A stretch of 57,781 nt of DNA from a virus (taxonomy: Duplodnaviria > Caudoviricetes). The stretch lies in the IMG/VR virus record IMGVR_UViG_3300032326_000646, positions 1 through 57,781 of that record. The stretch is one strand, 5' to 3'. Each line of letters begins with the position of its first letter. Positions within the stretch are counted from its first letter, which is position 1. Shown here one piece after another: positions 16,286 to 25,900 of the stretch. Under the pieces are notes generated by a model. It did no database searches, was not told where the DNA came from, and was given only the letters and a program-made list of their open reading frames with translations. The translations under genes and the position numbers were made by a program.

Positions 16286-17863
16286 ATGGCAACAAGAATG
16301 CAACAGCGCAGAGGAACTGCAGCACAATGGACGGCTGCAAACCCAGTATTGGCAGCAGGTGAAATTGGTTTTGAAACAGATACAAATAAGTTTAAGATGG
16401 GTAATGGTTCCTCAGCATGGTCTGCATTGACATACTTTGCTAACGCAGCAGAACTAGCAGCCATTATTGATGGCGCACCATTAGCGCTTGATACTCTTAA
16501 TGAGTTAGCAGCAGCACTTGGTGACGACCCAAACTTCCTAACATCATTAGCAACAAATGCAAGAGTTGATCAAATAGTCCTTAATGGGCAATCAGTAACT
16601 ACTCAAGCAATTACTAAGGCAGAGTCAGAACTTTTAAGCCATGCACAAGACGAAACAAATATTCATGGAATTGCAAACACAGCAGATCTTGCAACAAAGA
16701 CATATGCAGAAGGCGCTGCAGATGCTGCAGTAGATGCTGCAATAGCAGCACTAACAAAGTCTTCAGTAGGTCTATCAAACGTAGACGATACACAAGATGC
16801 TTTTAAGCCAGTTTCAGCAGCACAGGCTTCCGCAATTGCTACAGCAAAAACTGAGGCTATTACAGCAGCAGGCCAAGCAGCAGATACTAAGATTTCAGAT
16901 CATAATACTGATGAAACAAATGTACATGGTATTCCAGATACATCTGTTCTCGTAACACAAACAGAACTTACAAATGCTATTGCAGGTGTAACAGTGGATC
17001 AGTCAGAACTTGCTGGAACAGGTCTTCTATGGGATGGTGTTAATGAGCAATTTACTATTGACACAACAGTTGCAACTAAGACATATGCAGATAGCGCTGT
17101 TTCAACTCACAATGATGAAACCACATCTGTTCACGGTATTTCAGATACAGCACAACTAGCATATAAGAATGCAGCAAATCAAACATTTACAGGAAATCTA
17201 GAAGTTGACGGAAACCTTGTTGTTGATGGAGACATCACAGTTAATGGTGGAAGTTTTAACGCATCAGCAACATCTATCACAATCGAAGATAATATGGTTC
17301 AACTTGCTCACCAGAATGCAGCAAACACTGTAGACCTTGGTCTTGTGGTTGCATATACAGAAGGCGTAGTTGGAAAGCATTCGGGTATCGTAAGAGACGT
17401 ATCTGATGATAAGTGGAAGTTGTTTAAGGGTGTAACAACAGAACCTTCAACAACTGTAGACTTTACTCAGGGATCATTTGATGATCTTAAGGTTGCAGCA
17501 CTTGAGGCAACAACAGTAACCCCATCTTCTGGTATCGTATTCTCAGACGGTACACAGACAAAGTTGGGAGTTCCATCTGTAACAACATTTGCAACAGCAA
17601 TCTCATCATCTGCAACATTAGCAGCAGGAGAAGCAGACAAGTTTGTTCCACTAACTGGAGCAGTTACAATCACACTTCCTGCAACAGGATACTCAACTGG
17701 ACAGTCAATTGACTTCTATCAGGAATCAGGCACAGGAGCACAATTTGCCTCAACAAATAGCGTTGTCGGTACACCAGGTTTGAAGTTTAGAACTACAAAC
17801 TCAGTAGTAACAGCAATGAAGACTTCAAGTGGATGGTTGGTCTTCGGAGACCTATCAGCATAA
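16286..17863 (+). CDS. Tail fibre with Mtd-N-like N-terminal domain and C-terminal adaptor domain
   Basis: QQRRGTAAQWTAANPVLAAGEIGFETDTNKFKMGNG; HxxDETxxHGIxxT repeats; ends WLVFGDLSA. Confidence 0.8.
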   Translation: MATRMQQRRGTAAQWTAANPVLAAGEIGFETDTNKFKMGNGSSAWSALTYFANAAELAAIIDGAPLALDTLNELAAALGDDPNFLTSLATNARVDQIVLNGQSVTTQAITKAESELLSHAQDETNIHGIANTADLATKTYAEGAADAAVDAAIAALTKSSVGLSNVDDTQDAFKPVSAAQASAIATAKTEAITAAGQAADTKISDHNTDETNVHGIPDTSVLVTQTELTNAIAGVTVDQSELAGTGLLWDGVNEQFTIDTTVATKTYADSAVSTHNDETTSVHGISDTAQLAYKNAANQTFTGNLEVDGNLVVDGDITVNGGSFNASATSITIEDNMVQLAHQNAANTVDLGLVVAYTEGVVGKHSGIVRDVSDDKWKLFKGVTTEPSTTVDFTQGSFDDLKVAALEATTVTPSSGIVFSDGTQTKLGVPSVTTFATAISSSATLAAGEADKFVPLTGAVTITLPATGYSTGQSIDFYQESGTGAQFASTNSVVGTPGLKFRTTNSVVTAMKTSSGWLVFGDLSA

Positions 17864-17887
17864 TTTAGAAAAACAAAGGGGAACAAT

Positions 17888-19096
17888 ATGTCAAAGCAAG
17901 CAGGTAGAATGAGTCAAGGAGCAAACGACTTTTTGGCTCCAGGAACACCAACAATAACATCAGTAACAGATGTTGGAACAAACAGAGCATACAATAATGG
18001 TGCAGTAGATGTAGCATTCAATCCAACAGGCGTATATTCAGCATCATCTTATACGGTTCTATCTAGTAGCGGACAAACTGTTACTGGATCTTCTTCCCCT
18101 ATTCGTGTAGAAAATCTTTTGTCTGCAACAGCCTATACATTTACAGTTAAGGCTGCAAATGATGGCGGTGAGTCTGCATATTCTTCAGCCTCATCCCCAG
18201 TTACTGTAACAACTGTTCCAGCAACACCTTCAGCACCATCAGCATCTTCTCCATCAGCAGGAACAGACAGCGTTTCTTGGAGCGCACCAGCAAATGGTGG
18301 AAAAGCAATTACTAATTATCGTTGGTCATCATCAGATGGAAAGGCTGGGGACACCTCTGGTCTCTCAGCAAGTGTTGGCCAAGAGCAGGGAACTGCACAA
18401 ACATACAACGTATATGCTACAAATGCTAACGGAAACTCAGCCACATCTCCTGCATCAGGATCTGTCACTACGGTATTCTCTGCATTCGGTGCCTTCGGTG
18501 CTTTTGGAGCCTTTAGTGCATTCGGTGCCTTCGGTGCTTTTGGAGCCTTTAGTGCATTCGGTGCTTTTGGAGCCTTTAGTGCCTTCGGTGCTTTTGGAGC
18601 CTTCGGTGCTTATAACAAGTCTATAAGCATGCACACATTAGTTCTAACTACACAAGGATTTACACAAGCCTCAAATCTTCAGGTAGGAGATCAACTTGTT
18701 TCTACAGAAGTTCCTGGATTGGGAATTGATTTTACAATGCAAGATATTCAAAACTGGACAGGAAATCCATCAGAACTTCAAATGGTTCCTGATAAAGTTA
18801 CAACAATTAGACACATCGGGTCTTCACAAGCAGAACAGGCTGTTTCTATTAACGGAGAATTCTATTCAGGATCTCACTATATGCTAGTAAAGAGAGATGG
18901 CATTTCTAGAATGATTGCAAGTAGAGACCTTTTGACTACAGACGAATTATGGTCTTCAGACATAAATACTTGGACTCCTATAGTTGAGTTAACAATTTCA
19001 GATATTCCTCATGAGGTTATATCTATCAACTGTGAACCTTATGACATGTTCTATACAGATCATTTCTTGGTTTACGACGGTTATCAAACAGAATAG
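17888..19096 (+). CDS. FN3-domain protein with (F-G/S-A)15 repeat and C-terminal Hint (intein-like) domain
   Basis: Two FN3-like repeats (YTFTVKAAN, YNVYATN); Hint block A SISMHTLVLT, LQVGDQL, block B SGSH, C-terminal VISINCEPYDMFYTDHFLVYD. Confidence 0.8.
   Translation: MSKQAGRMSQGANDFLAPGTPTITSVTDVGTNRAYNNGAVDVAFNPTGVYSASSYTVLSSSGQTVTGSSSPIRVENLLSATAYTFTVKAANDGGESAYSSASSPVTVTTVPATPSAPSASSPSAGTDSVSWSAPANGGKAITNYRWSSSDGKAGDTSGLSASVGQEQGTAQTYNVYATNANGNSATSPASGSVTTVFSAFGAFGAFGAFSAFGAFGAFGAFSAFGAFGAFSAFGAFGAFGAYNKSISMHTLVLTTQGFTQASNLQVGDQLVSTEVPGLGIDFTMQDIQNWTGNPSELQMVPDKVTTIRHIGSSQAEQAVSINGEFYSGSHYMLVKRDGISRMIASRDLLTTDELWSSDINTWTPIVELTISDIPHEVISINCEPYDMFYTDHFLVYDGYQTE
18476..18610 (+). repeat. 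9-bp coding tandem repeat with 36/27-bp higher-order periodicity
   Basis: FSA FGA FGA FGA FSA FGA FGA FGA FSA FGA FGA FSA FGA FGA FGA. Confidence 0.95.
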
Positions 19097-19104
19097 AAAT
19101 ATCT

Positions 19105-19611
19105 GTGCTTGAACTTGTAGACACTTCGGGTATTAAAAACCTTGAATATCCAAAAGAACTTTCTGGAGCCTGGGTTTACTATGTTTTTTTTAAAAATCAT
19201 AAAAATTTAGGTGGAATAGTTTGTGCTTATTTTAATGATAAGTATCCAAGCGGGTCTGTTTATGTAGGAGATCAAATACTAAATGATTATCCCGATGTTT
19301 ACGGTACATGGAAAAAAGATGATGAGTTTAACAAAGTTGTTATGGATAGGGTTGCGGTTTCCCCAATTCTTAGGAATAAAGGTATTGGAAGAGCGGCAGT
19401 ATTTTATGGAGCAAAAGTTCTAGAGTCTTGTTTTAATAAAAAAGTTTCTCACGAGTATGGTTCTGAAATTGGAAATAGGCTTTATACATCTGCTTTTAGT
19501 GTTGATATTGTTGAAGATACATCTGTAGAAAATTCAATAGACTTAAAAGAAGATCTTTTTTATCAGCCTATATACCCGTATATATTTTTTGGCAGAAGGG
19601 TTTCAAAATGA
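19105..19611 (+). CDS. GNAT-family acyltransferase
   Basis: Motif A VAVSPILRNKGIG and SEIGNRLY. Confidence 0.75.
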   Translation: MLELVDTSGIKNLEYPKELSGAWVYYVFFKNHKNLGGIVCAYFNDKYPSGSVYVGDQILNDYPDVYGTWKKDDEFNKVVMDRVAVSPILRNKGIGRAAVFYGAKVLESCFNKKVSHEYGSEIGNRLYTSAFSVDIVEDTSVENSIDLKEDLFYQPIYPYIFFGRRVSK

Positions 19612-20024
19612 TTAGTTATAACGTTAGTAATATAAATGAAAACATTTTAAATTCAATAATTCATCAAGTAAAGTTTATGTGCAAAGAAAATAATATAAAT
19701 TATGAAAAACAAAAGTATAACCTTTTATTTTCTAATGAAAAAGTATTTTATAAAAACAATGATGTAAAATTTACTTCTGGAATGAAAAAATACTTATGTT
19801 TTTATGGAAAAATATATTTAAATAAAAAAGAAATAATTGTTGAAAAAATACATTCAGAAAATGACTTATTTGTTTTTACTCCAGAAAGTAATGATATTCT
19901 AATAATCTCTGGAGGCATAGATAATTCAACAATAGTAAAAGATGATGAAGAGTTGTTGCATTTTTATGTTGCCCCAAGCCATTTACTTGAGTTACAAGAT
20001 CCAAAATTGTGGCAAAGACTTTAA
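19608..20024 (+). CDS. Hypothetical protein, possibly a degenerate DSBH/2OG-oxygenase-like fold
   Basis: FYGKIYL...TPESNDILII...FYVAP spacing resembles phage DSBH proteins, but His ligands are not evident. Confidence 0.4.
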   Translation: MISYNVSNINENILNSIIHQVKFMCKENNINYEKQKYNLLFSNEKVFYKNNDVKFTSGMKKYLCFYGKIYLNKKEIIVEKIHSENDLFVFTPESNDILIISGGIDNSTIVKDDEELLHFYVAPSHLLELQDPKLWQRL

Positions 20025-20055
20025 TATGATATAATTAAAATAACGAAAGGCTTAT

Positions 20056-20769
20056 ATGAATACTCTAAGATTCTTACAAATGTATCCACAATTGCTAAAT
20101 ATTGTTCCAGAGCCAGAACCAGGAACAAAAAATATTCCTTCTTGGTATAAAGAGCAGCCAGCCATTGCAGGAAGTGATATTCCTGATAGAGGAGTCATGA
20201 GGCTTACTGTAAAGAAGTGTCAGGCATTTTTTGATGCAATGGCAATGGGATATATATTAAAAGTTCCATGCGATATATATATAGACACTACTGATGGCAA
20301 TATCAATATTCAACTTCCTGCCAGTATGAACAAATTCTATTCTTTATTAATCAGCGAGCATTTAGAAGAGCAGGTATCTCATTTGCCCATAGACAAAGAC
20401 ATTTATTGTAACAAAATATTAAGAATTCATCCCACATGGATGGTTCAAACTGATAAAGGCTATAGCACATTCTTCACAAACCCAATACATCAAAGCCCGT
20501 CGCCACTAAAGGCTATTGACGCTGTAGTTGACACTGATAACTACTTTACTGATGGGCATCTTTCATTTTTAGTTAAAAAGAATTTTAAAGGAACTATAAA
20601 GCAAGGAACTCCCATGTTTCAGGTTTTTCCATTTAAAAGAGAAGATTGGACAATGGAAATAGATAAAAACTTTTCAGCAAAAAAAGTAGAAGAGCAAAGA
20701 AATAAGGTTAGATCTACTTTTCAAAATGGATATAGGCTTAAGTTTTGGCAAAAGAAAATCTTTAAGTAA
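20056..20769 (+). CDS. Conserved phage protein (dUTPase-like beta fold, DUF6065-like)
   Basis: IPSWYK, TVKKC..FFDAM..GY, GYSTFF, VVDTD, GTPMFQVFPFKREDW. Confidence 0.55.
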   Translation: MNTLRFLQMYPQLLNIVPEPEPGTKNIPSWYKEQPAIAGSDIPDRGVMRLTVKKCQAFFDAMAMGYILKVPCDIYIDTTDGNINIQLPASMNKFYSLLISEHLEEQVSHLPIDKDIYCNKILRIHPTWMVQTDKGYSTFFTNPIHQSPSPLKAIDAVVDTDNYFTDGHLSFLVKKNFKGTIKQGTPMFQVFPFKREDWTMEIDKNFSAKKVEEQRNKVRSTFQNGYRLKFWQKKIFK

Positions 20770-20859
20770 AACTCTAAACAATACATTTAGGGAGAGTTTT
20801 GCTTTTTTAAAAACTCTGCTATAATTAAGACTTATTCCGTTTTTGAAAGGACGATACAC

Positions 20860-22893
20860 ATGTCAGATTTTTTTAGTTTTAAACTTCCAGAGGATTTTGT
20901 AGAAAAGTATAAAAACCAAGAAAGCCCATTTGGGTTTAAGGATGCAGCAGAAAATTCACTTGGAGAAATTACTTTTATACGTACTTATTCTCGAATGAAG
21001 GAAGATGGGACTAAAGAAAGATGGCATGAGGTTTGTCGTCGTGTAATCGAGGGTATGTATTCAGTACAAAAGAATCATGCTAAAGAAAACCGTTTGCCAT
21101 GGAATGACTACAAGGCTCAGAAGTCAGCACAAGAAGCATTCCAGAGAATGTTTGAATTAAAGTGGACACCACCAGGTCGAGGTATGTGGGCATTTGGAAC
21201 TCCTATGACTATGGAAAAAAAGAACTCAGCAGCACTACAAAACTGTGCAATGGTATCTACAAAAGATCTTGACAAGAATGATCCAGGAGCCTTGTTTGCT
21301 TGGGTTATGGATGCATTAATGCTTGGCATTGGTGTAGGGTTTGATACAGTGGGACAGGATAAGAATTTCTCAATCTATACCCCAACAGAACCAGAACAGG
21401 TATTTGAAATCCCAGACACTCGTGAAGGATGGGTAGAGTCAGTACGATTACTTATTAACTCCTACCTAAGACCAAACCAAAGTATTCAGAAGTTTAACTA
21501 TGATTTGATTAGACCTCTTGGAGCACCCATTAAGGGCTTTGGAGGGGTTGCATCAGGACCTGCACCTCTTATCAAGTTGCATGATCAGATAGACCGTGTA
21601 ATTGGCTCTAGAGGGGGTGAAACACTAGATTCTCGTGCTATCGTAGACCTAGTAAACCTTATTGGAACCTGTGTGGTATCAGGCAATGTTCGCAGATCGG
21701 CAACGCTTGCTTTGGGCACTGCAGGAGATGACACATTCATGAATCTAAAGAATTCAGAAATGTTTCCAGAACGCAATTCATTTGATCCAGAAAACCCAGG
21801 CTGGGCTTGGATGTCTAATAATTCTATTTCAGCAGAAGTAGGAACAAAGTACGAAGACTATGTGGATTTAATTACAGAAAATGGAGAGCCAGGTTTTATT
21901 TGGCTTGATGTTGCTCGTAATTATGGAAGACTAAAAGATGCGCCAGACGGTAAGGATTATCGTGTGATGGGATTTAACCCATGTGCGGAGCAGCCATTGG
22001 AATCATATGAACTATGTACACTTGTAGAAGTGCACTTGAATCGTCATGAGTCTAAGGAAGACTTCCTGCGTACCTTGAAGTTTGCATACCTTTATGGAAA
22101 GACTGTAACACTTGTTCCAACTCACTGGCCACAAACAAACGGTATCATGCAGCGCAACCGTCGTATTGGTACATCTCTTACTGGTATTGCGTCATTTGCA
22201 GATCAAAAGGGTTTGCCTATTGTTCGTGAGTGGATGGATGAAGGATACAATAAAATTCGTCACTATGACCACCAGTATTCAGAATGGCTTTGTGTTCGTG
22301 AATCAATTCGTGTAACAACAGTTAAGCCATCAGGATCAGTTTCAATACTTTCTGGTGCAACTCCTGGAGTTCACTGGGGTCCTGGAGGAAACTTCTTCCT
22401 TCGTGCAGTTAGATTTGGAAATACAGATCCAATGATGCACTTATTTAAAGCAGCAGGGTATACAATTGAAGATGACGTAGTATCAGCAAATACATCAGTA
22501 GTTTACTTCCCAATCAAGTCAGGCCATCCAAGATCTGAAAAAGATGTAACACTATTTGAAAAGATTGCACTTGCTGCAACTGCTCAAAAGTATTGGTCTG
22601 ATAATGGTGTTTCTGTAACACTTTCATTTGATAAGGAAACTGAGTCAAAGCATGTTGTTCCAGCACTACACATGTACGAAGGACAACTAAAGGCAGTATC
22701 ATTCCTACCAATGGGAAACACTGTTTACCCACAACAGCCATACACTCAGATTACTGAAGAAGAATATGAGTCGTATGTTGGTAAATTGAAGCACATTGAT
22801 TTTGCTGCTATTTATGATGGAGCAGAAAATCTTGAGGCTCAAGGAGAGATGTACTGCACTACAGACTACTGCGAAATTAAAGTAAACAAGTAG
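20860..22893 (+). CDS. nrdJ: Class II (adenosylcobalamin-dependent) ribonucleotide reductase
   Basis: QNCA, NPCAEQ, TTVKPSGSVS, C-terminal CTTDYC; no beta subunit nearby. Confidence 0.93.
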   Translation: MSDFFSFKLPEDFVEKYKNQESPFGFKDAAENSLGEITFIRTYSRMKEDGTKERWHEVCRRVIEGMYSVQKNHAKENRLPWNDYKAQKSAQEAFQRMFELKWTPPGRGMWAFGTPMTMEKKNSAALQNCAMVSTKDLDKNDPGALFAWVMDALMLGIGVGFDTVGQDKNFSIYTPTEPEQVFEIPDTREGWVESVRLLINSYLRPNQSIQKFNYDLIRPLGAPIKGFGGVASGPAPLIKLHDQIDRVIGSRGGETLDSRAIVDLVNLIGTCVVSGNVRRSATLALGTAGDDTFMNLKNSEMFPERNSFDPENPGWAWMSNNSISAEVGTKYEDYVDLITENGEPGFIWLDVARNYGRLKDAPDGKDYRVMGFNPCAEQPLESYELCTLVEVHLNRHESKEDFLRTLKFAYLYGKTVTLVPTHWPQTNGIMQRNRRIGTSLTGIASFADQKGLPIVREWMDEGYNKIRHYDHQYSEWLCVRESIRVTTVKPSGSVSILSGATPGVHWGPGGNFFLRAVRFGNTDPMMHLFKAAGYTIEDDVVSANTSVVYFPIKSGHPRSEKDVTLFEKIALAATAQKYWSDNGVSVTLSFDKETESKHVVPALHMYEGQLKAVSFLPMGNTVYPQQPYTQITEEEYESYVGKLKHIDFAAIYDGAENLEAQGEMYCTTDYCEIKVNK

Positions 22894-22918
22894 TCTTCTG
22901 TGGTAAAATAGACTTATA

Positions 22919-25900
22919 ATGTCTACTCCATCAAACCTGTATGCAGAAAAAGTCTTCGCCGAGCATCCAACTGGCCTCTGGGCTTTAGATGATAATGCTG
23001 ACTACATTTCTTTAATTTCAGAACAACAGAGAGTTCTTTCTGATTCTACAAAATGGGACATCATTGGTGGGGTTGCCAACAACTTTAGCCAATCATTGGG
23101 AGAGCCATTTCCAGGTAGTTATGTTGGAAGAGTTATAGCAAATACAACACCTAATCAAAATTCATCAGTAATTCTAAGAAGCAAAGAAATAATAGACTCA
23201 TCTGATTTAAATACATATCTCAGAACATTTTCTGTAGGTGCTTATCTATACTCAGAAAGTCCTTATATATCTGGTTTTGAAATAGGATACCAGCAAAAAG
23301 ATACTACAAGTGGTCAAGATGTACTTTATTTAAAAAGTTTTGATACAGTAATAAATAATAGTTGGATCTTTATATCAGAAACATTTGATGCTCCTAAAAA
23401 TAAATCAGGAATTAAACTTGTTATTAAAATTAATTTTGTTGGAAGTTCAGAAACAGAAAATTCCTTTAGAGTTAACGGAATAACTTTTGGACAATGGTCA
23501 GAAGAATTTTCTTCAACATCTTTAGGAACTAACTTGATAGACATTCCATCAAACATATCTATAGCACCACAAAAGGGTGTTGTTGCACGATGCTACGGTC
23601 TTCAAGAGTTGAATGGTTATTATCTTGCTGCAAACAATATGCTAAAAGCAAAAAATTCTGGCATACCTTTAGTATATGGAACACCTGGACATACAACTCT
23701 TTATAGCAATTCTAATCTACCATCTTTAATTATTCCTGGTGTTGGAATGCTAAATAAGTCTGGACAATATAGAGAGTATACATTAGAAACCTGGTTAAGA
23801 GTAAATTCTTACACAAATGAAACTAAAAAAATTATTGGGCCAATAGGATCTTCTGACGGAGTATATGTAGATGGTCCATCAATAGGATTAAAAATTGGAA
23901 CAGAATACAAAACAAATTATATAGGCGAGTGGACAAGACCTATGCTCGTTCATTTAAAAATTGGAAAAGATAGCGCATCTCTTTTAATTAATGGCGATGA
24001 AGTAGTTTCTGTTCCGTATTCACAAGAGTTGGCAAACCTACCTTCAAAATTAAATAATGGCAAAGATCAAGACTGGATAGGGTTTTATGCCTATGATGAT
24101 GTTTCTCCCATAGATATAGATTGTGTTGGAATTTACCCATATTTAGTTGCTACTCAGGTTGCAAAAAGAAGATATGTTTTTGGTCAAGGAGTTGAAATTC
24201 CAGAAAATATTAATACATCTTATAGCGGAACATCTGTTGCAATTGATTATTCATTTGCAGACTATACAGCAAACTACTCTTATCCAAAAACTGGTTCTTG
24301 GGGTCAAGGGTTTGGCGATAATATATCAACACTTAATAAGTCTATTTCTGTAATATCTCATCCACTTCCAGAACTTGTTCTTTCGTCTAAAACAAAGTCA
24401 GAGTTATTTCAAGACAATAAAGTTTCTAATCAAGTAGAAGATAGTTCTAGTTTTTTCTATGACACTAAAGAATATTTTTCATTTAGACCAAACTCTTCTT
24501 GGAGTTCTGTTTTTGGATACTTATTCTTTGAAAATTTTGATTTCTTAAAAACACCAGTTTCAGCATTTTATGGATGCTTTCAATTAAAAAATAATGCAAC
24601 AACACCACAAATACTTTTTAAAATTGAAAAAGAAAACACTTCCAATTATTTTAAAATACAAGTAGAAAATAATATTTTAAAATATATTATAAATATAAAC
24701 GGACAATCTAAAATTCTTTGTTCTTCTGAGGTGTTAAGTCCAAATGAATTTTTTGAAGCAGGAGTTAATATTCCTAAGTTTGTAGAAATTTTTGGTAATC
24801 CTGCATCTGACTTTTTTGGATCTCTAGGAGATCTAAGATTGTATGTTGGTGGTGATAAAACTAACACACAACAATTCACTGGAAAAATTTATAATGTTGG
24901 ATTTTCAACAAATCATAATTTTCAAAAAATTAAAAATTTATTTAATGAAATTGGCATACCAAAACTAAATGAAGATTTATTTTTTGCCTATCTGAATGAT
25001 CAATCTATAGATATTGATGGAGGAATTGACACTACATCTTTGCCACCATATGGAGGAACAACTGACACTGTTTTAGGAGCCGTTTCTGGTGGAGGGGTAG
25101 TTCTTTTAGAAGAAGACTTTTTGATTGAGCATACTGCAAGTTATACTTTAGTTCCTGATATTTTGTTTGATAAGTATACTCTCTCTGTTGCATCAAATGC
25201 TTACTGGGAAGATAATATTCCTTTGACATACTTTGCAGAATCTGTTTTTGATAAAAGAGGAGATCAATACTTTGATCTTGACTTTATCCAGTTTAATATT
25301 AATTATCCAATACCAACAAAAACAATTGCAATAGAAACAGATGCAATTTCTTGGACTTATGCAGATCTTGCTAACGAGTATGGTGTTCCAGTGCAAAGAA
25401 CCTATGCGTCATTAGATAATTACTTATTTACTGGATACAATGATTACGAAGATTTAAAAAATAAAATTGCAAAAGATTACAAATATGATACAGATGGTGC
25501 ACTTGTAAAAACTTATGTAACATTTCAATATACCGAACTTGGTGCAAATGCAACTGCTCAATATTTTATTAAAACAGAAAGACCTTCAAGAGATGGTGTG
25601 CTTATACCAGGATCAGACTGGATGACAACAAAGTATGAGGTTGTAGACAATATGATTATTTATCCTCCATCTGGAGTTGATTTTAATGACTTATCAATAG
25701 TAACACATATAGATATTAATATAAAAAATTCTGAAACAAATAACGTAAGTATTAAAAACATGTCGTATTCTTCACAATCTTTTAATGATTCAGATGCAAG
25801 CCCTATTGGAACTAGATTTGGAACTCCCCTATATCCATATACAAAAACTGGAATTTATTATAATTTTAAAAATAACAATCCTTTTTCAATTTATAATGCA

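Noticed and set aside
16286-17863. Diversity-generating retroelement suggested by the Mtd-N-like domain
   Set aside because: No reverse transcriptase and no TR/VR pair differing at adenines was seen in the window
8497-18610. Tandem repeats as CRISPR arrays
   Set aside because: Units are contiguous, in-frame and coding, with no unique spacers and no cas genes
18620-19096. Classical mobile intein
   Set aside because: No homing endonuclease, no terminal HN-C/S/T, essentially no C-extein
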